Shown: in pieces, positions 52,783-61,648 of the stretch
Layout of the letters: each line of letters opens with the position of its first letter
How positions within the stretch are numbered: the first letter of the stretch is position 1
From: Clostridia bacterium
GTDB lineage: Bacteria; Bacillota; Clostridia; Oscillospirales; Acutalibacteraceae
DNA: 64,000 nt
Assembly: GCA_017549285.1 (NCBI GenBank)
Contig: JAFYVE010000046.1
Span: 2,294 to 66,293, forward strand
Direction of reading: 5' to 3'
The notes under the pieces: model-generated
Told to the model about the DNA's origin: nothing
Databases searched by the model: none
Seen by the model: the letters and a program-made list of their open reading frames with translations, nothing else
Position numbers and translations under genes: made by a program

Positions 52783-53247
52783 TTACACATTACGCAAAGA
52801 CATATTTCTTTCAATTTCTCTGTTTGCGCTCTTTTTTGCGGCGTCTTCACGCTTATCATAGAGCTTTTTACCTTTACAAAGACCGATGAGAAGTTTTGCT
52901 TTGCCTTTTTTGAAGTAGACCTGCAGGGGTATTATCGCATAACCCTGTTGTTTTGTCAAGCCGAAAAGCTTTAGTATTTCTTTCTTGTGCATCAGCAATT
53001 TTTTCGGTCTCATAGGGTCACGGTTGAAGATGTTACCGTGGTCATAGGGCGAAATGTGCATACCGTTGACGAAAATTTCGCCTTTTACGATGTTGCACCA
53101 TGAATCTTTGAGATTGATTTTACCCTGACGGACAGATTTTACTTCCGTGCCGAAAAGTTCAATACCTGCTTCATAAGTTTCCTCAACAAAATAGTCGTGA
53201 TAGGCTTTTTTGTTCTGGGCAACTATTCTGTTTTCATTTTTTTCCAT
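52783..53247 (-). CDS. smpB: SsrA-binding protein SmpB
   Basis: NKKAYHDYFVEETYEAGIELFGTEVKSVRQGKINLKDS..; basic C-terminal tail. Confidence 0.93.
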   Translation of the reverse strand: MEKNENRIVAQNKKAYHDYFVEETYEAGIELFGTEVKSVRQGKINLKDSWCNIVKGEIFVNGMHISPYDHGNIFNRDPMRPKKLLMHKKEILKLFGLTKQQGYAIIPLQVYFKKGKAKLLIGLCKGKKLYDKREDAAKKSANREIERNMSLRNV

Positions 53248-53268
53248 TTTTATCACTCAATATGATAT

Positions 53269-53658
53269 TTATTTGACTCTGCACATAGTAAATGATGCTT
53301 TTGCAATAGTTTTGTTGCAATCATCATTTATAACAACGTCGCAGAAAACAAGAGTTTTGCCTCTTTTTATGACTGTGGCTTCTGCAATAAGCTTACTTCC
53401 CTGTGTTGCACTCAGAAAACTGATGTTGCCGTCAGCTGAAACAAAAGCAATTTCATCAGCGTTTGCCGTGACGGCACTTGCGAAATCTGCAAGTGTGAAA
53501 AAAACACCGCCCTGTACACAATTGTTGCCGTTGAAATGCTTTTCTTCAATATCGATTTCTACAATTGAATGATTGCTGTCGGCTTCAATTATCCTGCAAC
53601 CCATATAGGTTGCAACACGGTCATTGCTGAAAAAATTTCTGAGTTCATCAATAGTCAT
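53269..53658 (-). CDS. PaaI-family hotdog-fold thioesterase
   Basis: HFNGNNCVQGGVFFTLADFA motif; 129 aa. Confidence 0.7.
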   Translation of the reverse strand: MTIDELRNFFSNDRVATYMGCRIIEADSNHSIVEIDIEEKHFNGNNCVQGGVFFTLADFASAVTANADEIAFVSADGNISFLSATQGSKLIAEATVIKRGKTLVFCDVVINDDCNKTIAKASFTMCRVK

Positions 53659-53683
53659 AAAAATTCACTTCGCTGTAGTTATT

Positions 53684-55372
53684 TTACATGCTTTCGGGAG
53701 CTGAGAGCTTCATCATTGTAAGCACGTTATATAATACATCTTTGACACATTTGCAAAGGAATAATCTTGCCTGCTGAAGATTTTTATCTTCAATGTCGCA
53801 ACGGCATGCATTATAGAACTTATGGAAAAGTGTTGACAGCTCAAGGGCATAACGTGTGATTCTTGAGGGGTCAAGTGACTTTGCGGCACTTTCGATTTCA
53901 CCTGTAAGTGATGAAATGTGCCTGATAAGTTCCTTTTCTTCAGAAGCTGTGAGGAGCTGTGCGTTTTCTTCGGTGCAACCGTTGAAATCAACACCCTTTT
54001 CGCTCATTTTTCTGAAGATAGAGCAGATTCGTGCGTGTGCATACTGACAGTAGTAAACGGGGTTTGAGCTTGATTCTTCAATAGCAAGGTCAAGGTCAAA
54101 GTCGCAATGAGTGTTTGCTTCTCTCATATTGAAGAAGAATCTTGCGGCATCGATGGGTACTTCATCAAGAAGAGTAACGAGTGTGATTGCCTTACCTGAA
54201 CGCTTTGAAAGTTTGACTGTTTCACCGTTTCTTACAAGACGTACCATCTGCATAAGAACAACTTCGATTCTTGAGGGGTCAACACCAAGAGCCTGAATTG
54301 CGCCTTTGAGTCTGGGTACATAGCCGTGGTGGTCAGCACCGAGAATGTCAATTGCTCTGTCGAAACCTCTTGTTACGAGCTTATTATAATGGTATGCAAT
54401 ATCGGGAACGATATATGTGTAGAAACCGTTTGAACGGCGGAGAACGAAATCCTTGTCACAACCGAACTGCTCTGCCTTAAACCAGAGAGCACCGTCGAGT
54501 TCATATGTGTAACCCTTTTCGGTAAGCATATCTACAACTTTTTTAGCTTCGCCTGAGTTGTGAAGAGTGCTTTCTCTGAACCAGGTGTCGTACTTGATTT
54601 TGTACTTGAGAAGGTCACGTTCAAGACCCTGAATGTTGAGGGGAAGTGCATACTCAACGAGTGCATTTCTTCTCTCTTCTTCAGTAGCATTTATATATTT
54701 GTCGCCGTAGATTTCAGCGAAATTCTTTGCGTGGTCGATGATGTCCTGACCGTGATATGCGTCTTCAGGCATTTCCATAGGGTCACCGAAGTGCTGTTTG
54801 TAACGCACGTCGAGTGAAAGACCGAATTTTTCAATCTGATTACCGCCGTCGTTTACATAGAATTCTCTTTCTGAATGATAACCTGCCCAGGAGAGAATCT
54901 CAGCAAGACAGTCACCCATAGCACCGCCACGGGCATTACCGATGTGCATAGGACCTGTGGGGTTGGCTGAAACGAACTCAACGAGAGCTGATTTGCCCTT
55001 GCCGTAGTCTGAATGACCGTACATTTCACCCTTGTTCTCAACATCAAAGAGAATGTCTGCATAGTAAGCGGAGCCGAGAGTGAAGTTGATGAAACCTGCA
55101 CCTGCAGCTTCGATTTTGTTGAAATATGTGCCTTCAAGTTCTGCATTTTCGCAGAGTGCTGCGGCAATTTTCATAGGAGCTGTTCTGAAAACACGTGCAG
55201 AAACCATAGCGGCATTTGTTGAATAGTCGCCGTGTGTTCTGTCAGCGGGAACTTCCACCTTGAAATCGGGCACTTCACCCTCGGGAAGCTGACCGTTTTC
55301 AATTGCCTTTGCAAGAGCTTTCTTTATGATTTCGTAAATCTGATTTTCAGCCTTTTTTACAACAAAACTCAT
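53684..55372 (-). CDS. argS: Arginine--tRNA ligase
   Basis: SANPTGPMHIGNARG (HIGH), GADHHGY, KLSKRSGK (KMSK variant), C-terminal anticodon-binding DALR domain. Confidence 0.95.
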   Translation of the reverse strand: MSFVVKKAENQIYEIIKKALAKAIENGQLPEGEVPDFKVEVPADRTHGDYSTNAAMVSARVFRTAPMKIAAALCENAELEGTYFNKIEAAGAGFINFTLGSAYYADILFDVENKGEMYGHSDYGKGKSALVEFVSANPTGPMHIGNARGGAMGDCLAEILSWAGYHSEREFYVNDGGNQIEKFGLSLDVRYKQHFGDPMEMPEDAYHGQDIIDHAKNFAEIYGDKYINATEEERRNALVEYALPLNIQGLERDLLKYKIKYDTWFRESTLHNSGEAKKVVDMLTEKGYTYELDGALWFKAEQFGCDKDFVLRRSNGFYTYIVPDIAYHYNKLVTRGFDRAIDILGADHHGYVPRLKGAIQALGVDPSRIEVVLMQMVRLVRNGETVKLSKRSGKAITLVTLLDEVPIDAARFFFNMREANTHCDFDLDLAIEESSSNPVYYCQYAHARICSIFRKMSEKGVDFNGCTEENAQLLTASEEKELIRHISSLTGEIESAAKSLDPSRITRYALELSTLFHKFYNACRCDIEDKNLQQARLFLCKCVKDVLYNVLTMMKLSAPESM

Positions 55373-55420
55373 AATTTATACCTTCCTGTTTTATCGGACA
55401 CCCGATGGGCGCCCCTACAA

Positions 55421-55831
55421 TTATTCTAATGTTATAATTAACTCATTCTCACTCGCAACACCGCCGTAGAAGTCGATGGTGTATTTAAGTTCGAGAGTAC
55501 CTTTTCCGTCTGTGATATCTGATGCAACTTTCTGTGCATTGATGCCTATGAGCATCGAGCCGAAAGGTGACTGATACTGACACGAATGGCGTTTGCCCAT
55601 TTCGATTGTCATTTCCGTGTTGAATGAACCCGTACGGAGCATCGATGCACAGGTGCCTTTTACATCGATTGATGTGTGACAGCCCTTGAGCTCGTCATAC
55701 TGTTCATCATATTCGATTTTATATCCGTCAATGTATGATTCCCATGTGCCTCGGGTGGTCATTTCGTATGATTCTTTATTGCCGTCAACGATGTGGGAAT
55801 CCTTTATTGTCAGAAGAATGTCTTTTTTCAT
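55421..55831 (-). CDS. DUF1934 (YwiB-like) beta-barrel protein
   Basis: 136-aa protein in the conserved position immediately upstream of argS in Firmicutes. Confidence 0.6.
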   Translation of the reverse strand: MKKDILLTIKDSHIVDGNKESYEMTTRGTWESYIDGYKIEYDEQYDELKGCHTSIDVKGTCASMLRTGSFNTEMTIEMGKRHSCQYQSPFGSMLIGINAQKVASDITDGKGTLELKYTIDFYGGVASENELIITLE

Positions 55832-55833
55832 TT

Positions 55834-56889
55834 TTATCTTTCCAATGCTAAATTGATAAGTCTGTCAACAAGCTCGCCGTAGGGGATGCCGTATGCGCCG
55901 AAAAGCTTTGCATACATACTGATTGATGTAAATCCGGGGAGTGTGTTGATTTCGTTGAGAAGTACAGCGCCGTCTGTGTGTCTTACGAAGAAGTCTACTC
56001 TTGAAAGACCTGTACAACCGAGAGCCTTGTATGCTCTGATTGCCTGAGCTCTGATTTCTTCGCTCTTTTCATCTGAAAGTTCAGCAGGAATGCAGAGCTT
56101 TGAAGCCGCATCGATATATTTTGCTTCGTAATCATAGAATTCATTTGCGGGAAGAATTTCGCCGATGACTGATGCGATAGGCTTTTCGTTGCCGAGTACG
56201 GCACATTCAACTTCTCTGCCGTCGATGTTTTCTTCAGCAACAACCTTGTCGTCTTCTGCGAAAGCTACTTCCATCGCCTTGTAAATATCTTCCTTTGTCT
56301 TGGCCTTTGAAATACCGACTGATGAGCCTGCATTTGCGGGCTTGATGAATACGGGCAGACCGAGATAATTCACGCAGTCATCTGCAAATTTTTCTTTGTT
56401 TTCTGCATAATCCCATTTTGAAACTGCAAGCCATTTTGCCTGAGCAATCTGAGCATTGTCTGCAGTCATGTTAGTTACTGCTTTGTCCATACACATTGCA
56501 CTTGCGAGTGTTCTGCAACCAACGTAGGGAAGACCTGCAAGTTCAAGAAGCCCCTGAACTGTTCCGTCTTCACCGTTTTTGCCGTGAAGTACGGGGAAAA
56601 CTGCATCGACAGATATTTTTTCAATGCCGTCATTTCTGAAAACATTGATACACTTCTCACCGAAGTCTGTTGAAATTGCGGCAGGAGTGCATTTTGCATC
56701 GAGCCATTTATTGTCGGGGATAAGACTTATGTCGTCTTCATAAAGGAACCATTTTCCCTCTTTTGTGATGCCCATAAGAACGGGATTGTATTTGTCTTTC
56801 GGAATATTTGTGATAACTGCGAATGCGCTGCGGAGTGAAACTTCATATTCGCTTGATTTGCCGCCGAAGAGAACGAGTATATTTTTCAT
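55834..56889 (-). CDS. ddl: D-alanine--D-alanine ligase
   Basis: VLFGGKSSEYEVSLRS, HGKNGEDGTVQGLLE, ANAGSSVGISK, EINTLPGFT. Confidence 0.93.
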   Translation of the reverse strand: MKNILVLFGGKSSEYEVSLRSAFAVITNIPKDKYNPVLMGITKEGKWFLYEDDISLIPDNKWLDAKCTPAAISTDFGEKCINVFRNDGIEKISVDAVFPVLHGKNGEDGTVQGLLELAGLPYVGCRTLASAMCMDKAVTNMTADNAQIAQAKWLAVSKWDYAENKEKFADDCVNYLGLPVFIKPANAGSSVGISKAKTKEDIYKAMEVAFAEDDKVVAEENIDGREVECAVLGNEKPIASVIGEILPANEFYDYEAKYIDAASKLCIPAELSDEKSEEIRAQAIRAYKALGCTGLSRVDFFVRHTDGAVLLNEINTLPGFTSISMYAKLFGAYGIPYGELVDRLINLALER

Positions 56890-56951
56890 AATTATCAATC
56901 TCCTGAAAAAAGTGATATATATAATAGCATAAAATAAAATATATTACAAGT

Positions 56952-57908
56952 TTATTTAAAACAGAAAGTGCAAAAAATTAATATTACCGCAAACAGACAT
57001 ACAGTATTGTTCAGTTTCTCAGGTATCAACGGGAGATCGTTTTCTTTGTAAGATGCTGAAATCTGAATGTTTCCTGCAATATACATTACAAGCGATAAAA
57101 GTATTGCGTGCTTTATTTCTGAAGAAGTAAGAATAAAAATGCAGTTGAATACAGCAATTGCGAAAGGGTAAACAGCAAAAAGAATAAGGCTGAGTTTCTG
57201 CATGGTTTTTCCGTTTTTTATTACGGGAAGAACTCTGATTGTTAATGTTACGGCAGATATAAGCAACAGCAACATTCCCGAAGAGAGTTCAATCAGGCTT
57301 TTTGTGTTGTTCAGATTGATGTAAGCCGGATGAAAAATGAAGCTGATTTTTTTTGTAAACAACAGTATTAGGATAAGAACGGGAATATAAAGATATGCAA
57401 AAAAAAGAAAGCTTTGTTTTTTGCTGTCTGTTTTTGTTTTCGATGCAGTCTGCAATATAATCAGAAGTAACACAGGGATATATACTGCAAAAATGTAAGA
57501 TGTGGGGGAGAGTAACACGATTAAACCCGATAAAAGTACAGCATTTGCAACCGTATCATTGATGTTTATGATTATAACTGCAAGAATGATTACAGCAACA
57601 AGAGTGAAGAAGACTCCGCTTCTGTTTGTCTGAATTGCGCTGTGCATAAGAACAATAATAACACTGCCCAGTGCCGAAAGAATCATTACGCTGTCTTTTT
57701 CCGTGAATTCCTTTTTCTTAAGAAAAACATACATAAGTACAGGAGCTATATAAAGCAGATAATTTGCGGGGAAAGTCACAAAAGTGCAACGGAAACCGTC
57801 AGCGATATTACTTCCTCCGAGGGCCAGAAACGGTAATGTCAAAAGCGCAATACAGAATGTGAGGGTTACGTATGCGGATAAACCGGTTTTTTTGTTTGTT
57901 TTCATCAT
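56952..57908 (-). CDS. Polytopic membrane protein, type B, copy 2 (318 aa), unknown function
   Basis: About 9-10 TM segments. Same size and topology as 59109-60056, but weak sequence similarity. Confidence 0.6.
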   Translation of the reverse strand: MMKTNKKTGLSAYVTLTFCIALLTLPFLALGGSNIADGFRCTFVTFPANYLLYIAPVLMYVFLKKKEFTEKDSVMILSALGSVIIVLMHSAIQTNRSGVFFTLVAVIILAVIIININDTVANAVLLSGLIVLLSPTSYIFAVYIPVLLLIILQTASKTKTDSKKQSFLFFAYLYIPVLILILLFTKKISFIFHPAYINLNNTKSLIELSSGMLLLLISAVTLTIRVLPVIKNGKTMQKLSLILFAVYPFAIAVFNCIFILTSSEIKHAILLSLVMYIAGNIQISASYKENDLPLIPEKLNNTVCLFAVILIFCTFCFK

Positions 57909-57915
57909 ACCCCTC

Positions 57916-59094
57916 CTATATTATATTGAAAACCAATGTGCAAAAATACGGAATGAAAAGATGCTGAGGATTTTTTGTCAGAATGTCAAGTCCTTCATCA
58001 ATATTAGGGTCCTTTCTTTTTATGCACATAAACAGATAAATGAACTGCACGATAATGAAAGTGGACACAAATCTTGTAACGTCAACAGATATGACAAGAC
58101 TTGCAATCTGAGGTATTATTGTGAGCATAAAAAGAATATAGGGGAGCTTACCGAAAAATCCTTCGGCATTTTTTGAAGCTTTTATCCATATTCTGAAAAA
58201 TACTGCAAGCATCGGGATTAATGACAACATGCAGAAAAAGTCTGCAGTTGAAAACTGGTCAATCGTCAGTTTAATCATATGTTTCAGCAGAACAAAAATA
58301 TTATCTGCATAATCGATATCAGTAAAGTTATGAACATCCTTGCCGTAAATGAAAGCCTCAAGATAACCTGAAACATCTTCGATGGCACAACTTCCTTTGT
58401 TTGCAAGGTATTCAAGCATTTCAGCTTCAGTCATTTTTGCAGTTGAAGTTGAGAAAAAAAGTCTGTATATTACCGTTGCAAAGCCTGCAGCTGTTGTAGT
58501 TGCGAATGCCGCTACACTTTTTTTTGTTATTTTGTATTTTGTTATTAAATAATAAATGAGTATGCCGAAACATGGTGCCATATAAGCAGTTATGTAAGCA
58601 TCGTGAATAAATATACCTGCACAGACAAGGATGGGGAATGTCCATATCAGATATCTGTTTTCTGCAGCAAATGCACATATGAGAAGAACAATCATACAGA
58701 AAACATCAATAAAGCCGAAAATATCGCCTGCAAAAATGGTTATTGAAAACGGAAAAGCTATAAAGATGCCTGTGAGTATATAAACAGTTCTTTTATGTTC
58801 ACTTTTAAGACTGTTCAGACTTGTAGCAACATAAATTGCAGTTATAAAAAAGGTGACATATGTTATAACTATAAGGAAAGACCTCATCCAGCCTATGTCA
58901 AATGTATCTTTGAAAATGCTGAGAATTGAGCCGATAAGCATTCTGGGAGCTATGGCAATTGAAAAATCTCCGAGAAAAAGAACATAAAGGCTTGTTATGA
59001 TGTAATCAAAATTTTTCACAAAGCAATATAACACCGTCAACGCAAAAATGATGACAGTATTACGTATTGTGAAAAAAGCTTTTGATTTCTGCAT
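57916..59094 (-). CDS. Polytopic membrane protein, type A, copy 2 (392 aa), unknown function
   Basis: Clear paralog of 60073-61266 (GDFSI..., KMTEAEMLEYLANKGSC..DVSGYLE, KLPYILFMLTIIPQ..). RBS AAGGAG. Confidence 0.7.
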   Translation of the reverse strand: MQKSKAFFTIRNTVIIFALTVLYCFVKNFDYIITSLYVLFLGDFSIAIAPRMLIGSILSIFKDTFDIGWMRSFLIVITYVTFFITAIYVATSLNSLKSEHKRTVYILTGIFIAFPFSITIFAGDIFGFIDVFCMIVLLICAFAAENRYLIWTFPILVCAGIFIHDAYITAYMAPCFGILIYYLITKYKITKKSVAAFATTTAAGFATVIYRLFFSTSTAKMTEAEMLEYLANKGSCAIEDVSGYLEAFIYGKDVHNFTDIDYADNIFVLLKHMIKLTIDQFSTADFFCMLSLIPMLAVFFRIWIKASKNAEGFFGKLPYILFMLTIIPQIASLVISVDVTRFVSTFIIVQFIYLFMCIKRKDPNIDEGLDILTKNPQHLFIPYFCTLVFNII

Positions 59095-59108
59095 AAAAAC
59101 TCCTTTTG

Positions 59109-60056
59109 TCAGTTTATCATTCCGATGCAGAAGAGTATTGCGGAGGTTACCGTGATAATGTCTGTAACTTTTTTGTTGTATTTCTGCTCCGTCGGGAAAG
59201 ACAAGTTATGCTGTGTGTTGAAAATCAGAAGATAAATCAGAGAAATCAGAATTGATGTTCTGTTTTCTGTTGAGAGAATGTCGGTGAAATATCCCGTGAT
59301 TCCGATAGCTGTGATAATAAAAGCTGATAATGTGAAAAACAGCTTTGTTGTAACTTTTTTTATCTGCTCATTTCTGAAAACATTTATAGTAACACAAATG
59401 AAAATGAACATCAGAAGAGCAATACATGCAACAGTTCTGATTATGAACTGTGCCGTTATATACTGCGGTGATGTAGCTGTTATGTTGATCCAGTATATAT
59501 CCGTTACAAGAAGTGCAACGAAAAATACACATATATAGCCCTGAATAAAAAGGGTGATTCTCATTGCATTCTTTTTTATTCTGTTTTCCGTGTTGCTCAG
59601 TTTTATAATAATCAATGAAATAAGGGGCAGCGCAACAGTAAGCGCATAATGAAAAATATCAAGATCCGAAAGGAAGAAGAACGGAATTATTCCGAGAACA
59701 GCAAACAGCTCATTTATGTTTATGAGTATGAAAAAGAAAATGAAAATTGCCGTGAGAAGATTGAGATAATAGTTTGCCGAAACAAAAAATTCAACAAAAA
59801 TAAGGAACAGCACAAGAGCGTCAGTTGTTGCAAGAATAAAAGTCCTGTTTGCAATATCTTTTTTGCAGAATAACATGCCGAGTGCCGCAGGAACAAGACA
59901 GAGAGCAATATTCATATTGGAGTTCATGAAGAAAGCTCTGTAAACATCGGCTCCTGCAATATCTTTCTGAACAAAAGAGGGTATAAACAGAAGAAAAACA
60001 TAAAATGATGCTGTTATTATGAAAACAGGGCTTTTAACTTTTTTTATCAATGTCAT
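59109..60056 (-). CDS. Polytopic membrane protein, type B, copy 1 (315 aa), unknown function
   Basis: About 9-10 TM segments. RBS GGGAGG. Confidence 0.6.
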   Translation of the reverse strand: MTLIKKVKSPVFIITASFYVFLLFIPSFVQKDIAGADVYRAFFMNSNMNIALCLVPAALGMLFCKKDIANRTFILATTDALVLFLIFVEFFVSANYYLNLLTAIFIFFFILININELFAVLGIIPFFFLSDLDIFHYALTVALPLISLIIIKLSNTENRIKKNAMRITLFIQGYICVFFVALLVTDIYWINITATSPQYITAQFIIRTVACIALLMFIFICVTINVFRNEQIKKVTTKLFFTLSAFIITAIGITGYFTDILSTENRTSILISLIYLLIFNTQHNLSFPTEQKYNKKVTDIITVTSAILFCIGMIN

Positions 60057-60072
60057 AAATGTTACCTCCCTG

Positions 60073-61266
60073 TCAGCTGATTCCTGAAAGGAACATTAAT
60101 GTCAGTGGCAGAATGAGAAGCTCTGCCTTTTCACTTGTTTTTTCAAGAAGTTTTAAAACACAGGGGTCTTTCTGCTTTGCGCATACAAAAAGATAAAATG
60201 CCTGAGAAATTATGAGCGCCGAGAAAAAACGGGCATAGTCCATTGAGATTACTGTTGCGGCAATCAGCTGCGGAATCGGGGTGAGCATAAAAAGGATATA
60301 CGGAATCTTTTTTGTGAATTCCTTGGTGTTTTTTATGCAGTAACACCACATTGCGAAAATCAGCACAAGAAAAGGTAACGCCGCAACGGTCTGTGTTATC
60401 TGGATACCGTTGGTTTCTCCTGCTGTAATTTCAACAAGATGTAAAAATACTTCAAAAATGTTGTCAACGTGCGTTTTGCCCGTTTCTCCGATAACATCTG
60501 TATAATAAAGGAATGTTTCAAGATACCCCGAAACGTCTGATACATCACAGTTGCCCTTTTCTGCAAGATAGCCGAGCATCTGCTGTTCTGTCATTTTCAG
60601 AGTCATTCTTGAAAAGAAAACGCTGTAAACACCGGTTCCCACAGCGGAAAAAGCAGAAACAATAAAACCTGCTGAAGTGAAAACAGTCTTTTTATGTACA
60701 GTTGTTGCATAATAAGCCGTAAGAGCCAGAATCGGGCACATAAAAGAGAACATAAATGAATCGTGAAGCATAATTCCCGTGAAAATGATAACGGGAGTAA
60801 AATAAATGAAGATTCTTCTTTCTCCTGCAAATGCGGTGATGATAAAAAGCATAATCATATACAGCTCAAGGAAACCGAAGTTTATATTGAGATATGAATT
60901 GAACGAAACGGGATAAATGCACAACATAAAACAGACAATAAAGAGAGCTTTTGTTGTTGTTTTCTCTGATTTTGCAAGAACGGAGCCCATAAATGCCGCA
61001 GCAAGAAAAAACATCACAAAGATGCTGACAAAAATAAAGGATGTAATCCATTCCTGAGTAAAAGAATCTTTGAAAAGCGACAAAACCTGCCCCATCATAA
61101 GTCTTGAACATACGCCGATTGAAAAATCACCTATGTAGTGCGAATAAAAAGTGCCGATAAAAGAATCAGTCTTCTGAAAAAGGGCAATTGCCGAGATGAT
61201 GCAGAAAAATAAAGCCGTGAATAACACAGCGGAAAGCATATTTCTGTTTTTTGTTTTCTGCACCAT
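60073..61266 (-). CDS. Polytopic membrane protein, type A, copy 1 (397 aa), unknown function
   Basis: Paralog of 57916-59094. RBS GAGG. First gene behind the consensus promoter at 61330-61302. Confidence 0.7.
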   Translation of the reverse strand: MVQKTKNRNMLSAVLFTALFFCIISAIALFQKTDSFIGTFYSHYIGDFSIGVCSRLMMGQVLSLFKDSFTQEWITSFIFVSIFVMFFLAAAFMGSVLAKSEKTTTKALFIVCFMLCIYPVSFNSYLNINFGFLELYMIMLFIITAFAGERRIFIYFTPVIIFTGIMLHDSFMFSFMCPILALTAYYATTVHKKTVFTSAGFIVSAFSAVGTGVYSVFFSRMTLKMTEQQMLGYLAEKGNCDVSDVSGYLETFLYYTDVIGETGKTHVDNIFEVFLHLVEITAGETNGIQITQTVAALPFLVLIFAMWCYCIKNTKEFTKKIPYILFMLTPIPQLIAATVISMDYARFFSALIISQAFYLFVCAKQKDPCVLKLLEKTSEKAELLILPLTLMFLSGIS

Positions 61267-61301
61267 AAAAACCTCTGCGATTTCAGTATAAATATAATTG
61301 T

Positions 61302-61330
61302 ATTATATATATAAAAGTATTTGTTGTCAA
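61302..61330 (-). promoter_or_regulatory. Consensus sigma-A promoter for the membrane-protein/ddl operon
   Basis: On the - strand: TTGACA (61330-61325), 17 nt, TATAAT (61307-61302). Confidence 0.7.
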
Positions 61331-61423
61331 GTAAGCAATAATTTATCGCAGAGGCGATAAATTCTGCTTTTGTATACATATTTCCTTTTTTTTATATATT
61401 ATAGATAATTTGCATTTTTGTGC

Positions 61424-61452
61424 TTGACATTTGCATCTTGAATAAATATAAT
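61424..61452 (+). promoter_or_regulatory. Consensus sigma-A promoter for the surface-protein gene
   Basis: TTGACA (61424-61429), 17 nt, TATAAT (61447-61452). It is followed by a ~190-nt leader. Confidence 0.7.
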
Positions 61453-61648
61453 AAAATATGTATTAGTGTAAATGTCCAAAAATGTGCCTTTTGGTGCATA
61501 ACTCAAGGAAAAACACTATGGCAAAGAAAAATAACCGTATTTTCGGGTGTTCAGTTCAGAGTCAGGTCAGGGACTTTTGAACGCAGGAAAATCAGTTATA
61601 ATCCGAAGCCATTACAAAAACCCCTTAAAATTAAAGGAGGAAATTTCA

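Noticed and set aside
61453-61648. c-di-GMP (GEMM-I) riboswitch in the leader of the surface-protein gene.
   Set aside because: Only short, non-contiguous pieces resemble the consensus (GGCAAAG, ACGCA, AAGCC). The expected GNRA tetraloop and the contiguous GGGACGCAAAGCC element are missing. It is kept only as a hypothesis to test with a covariance model.
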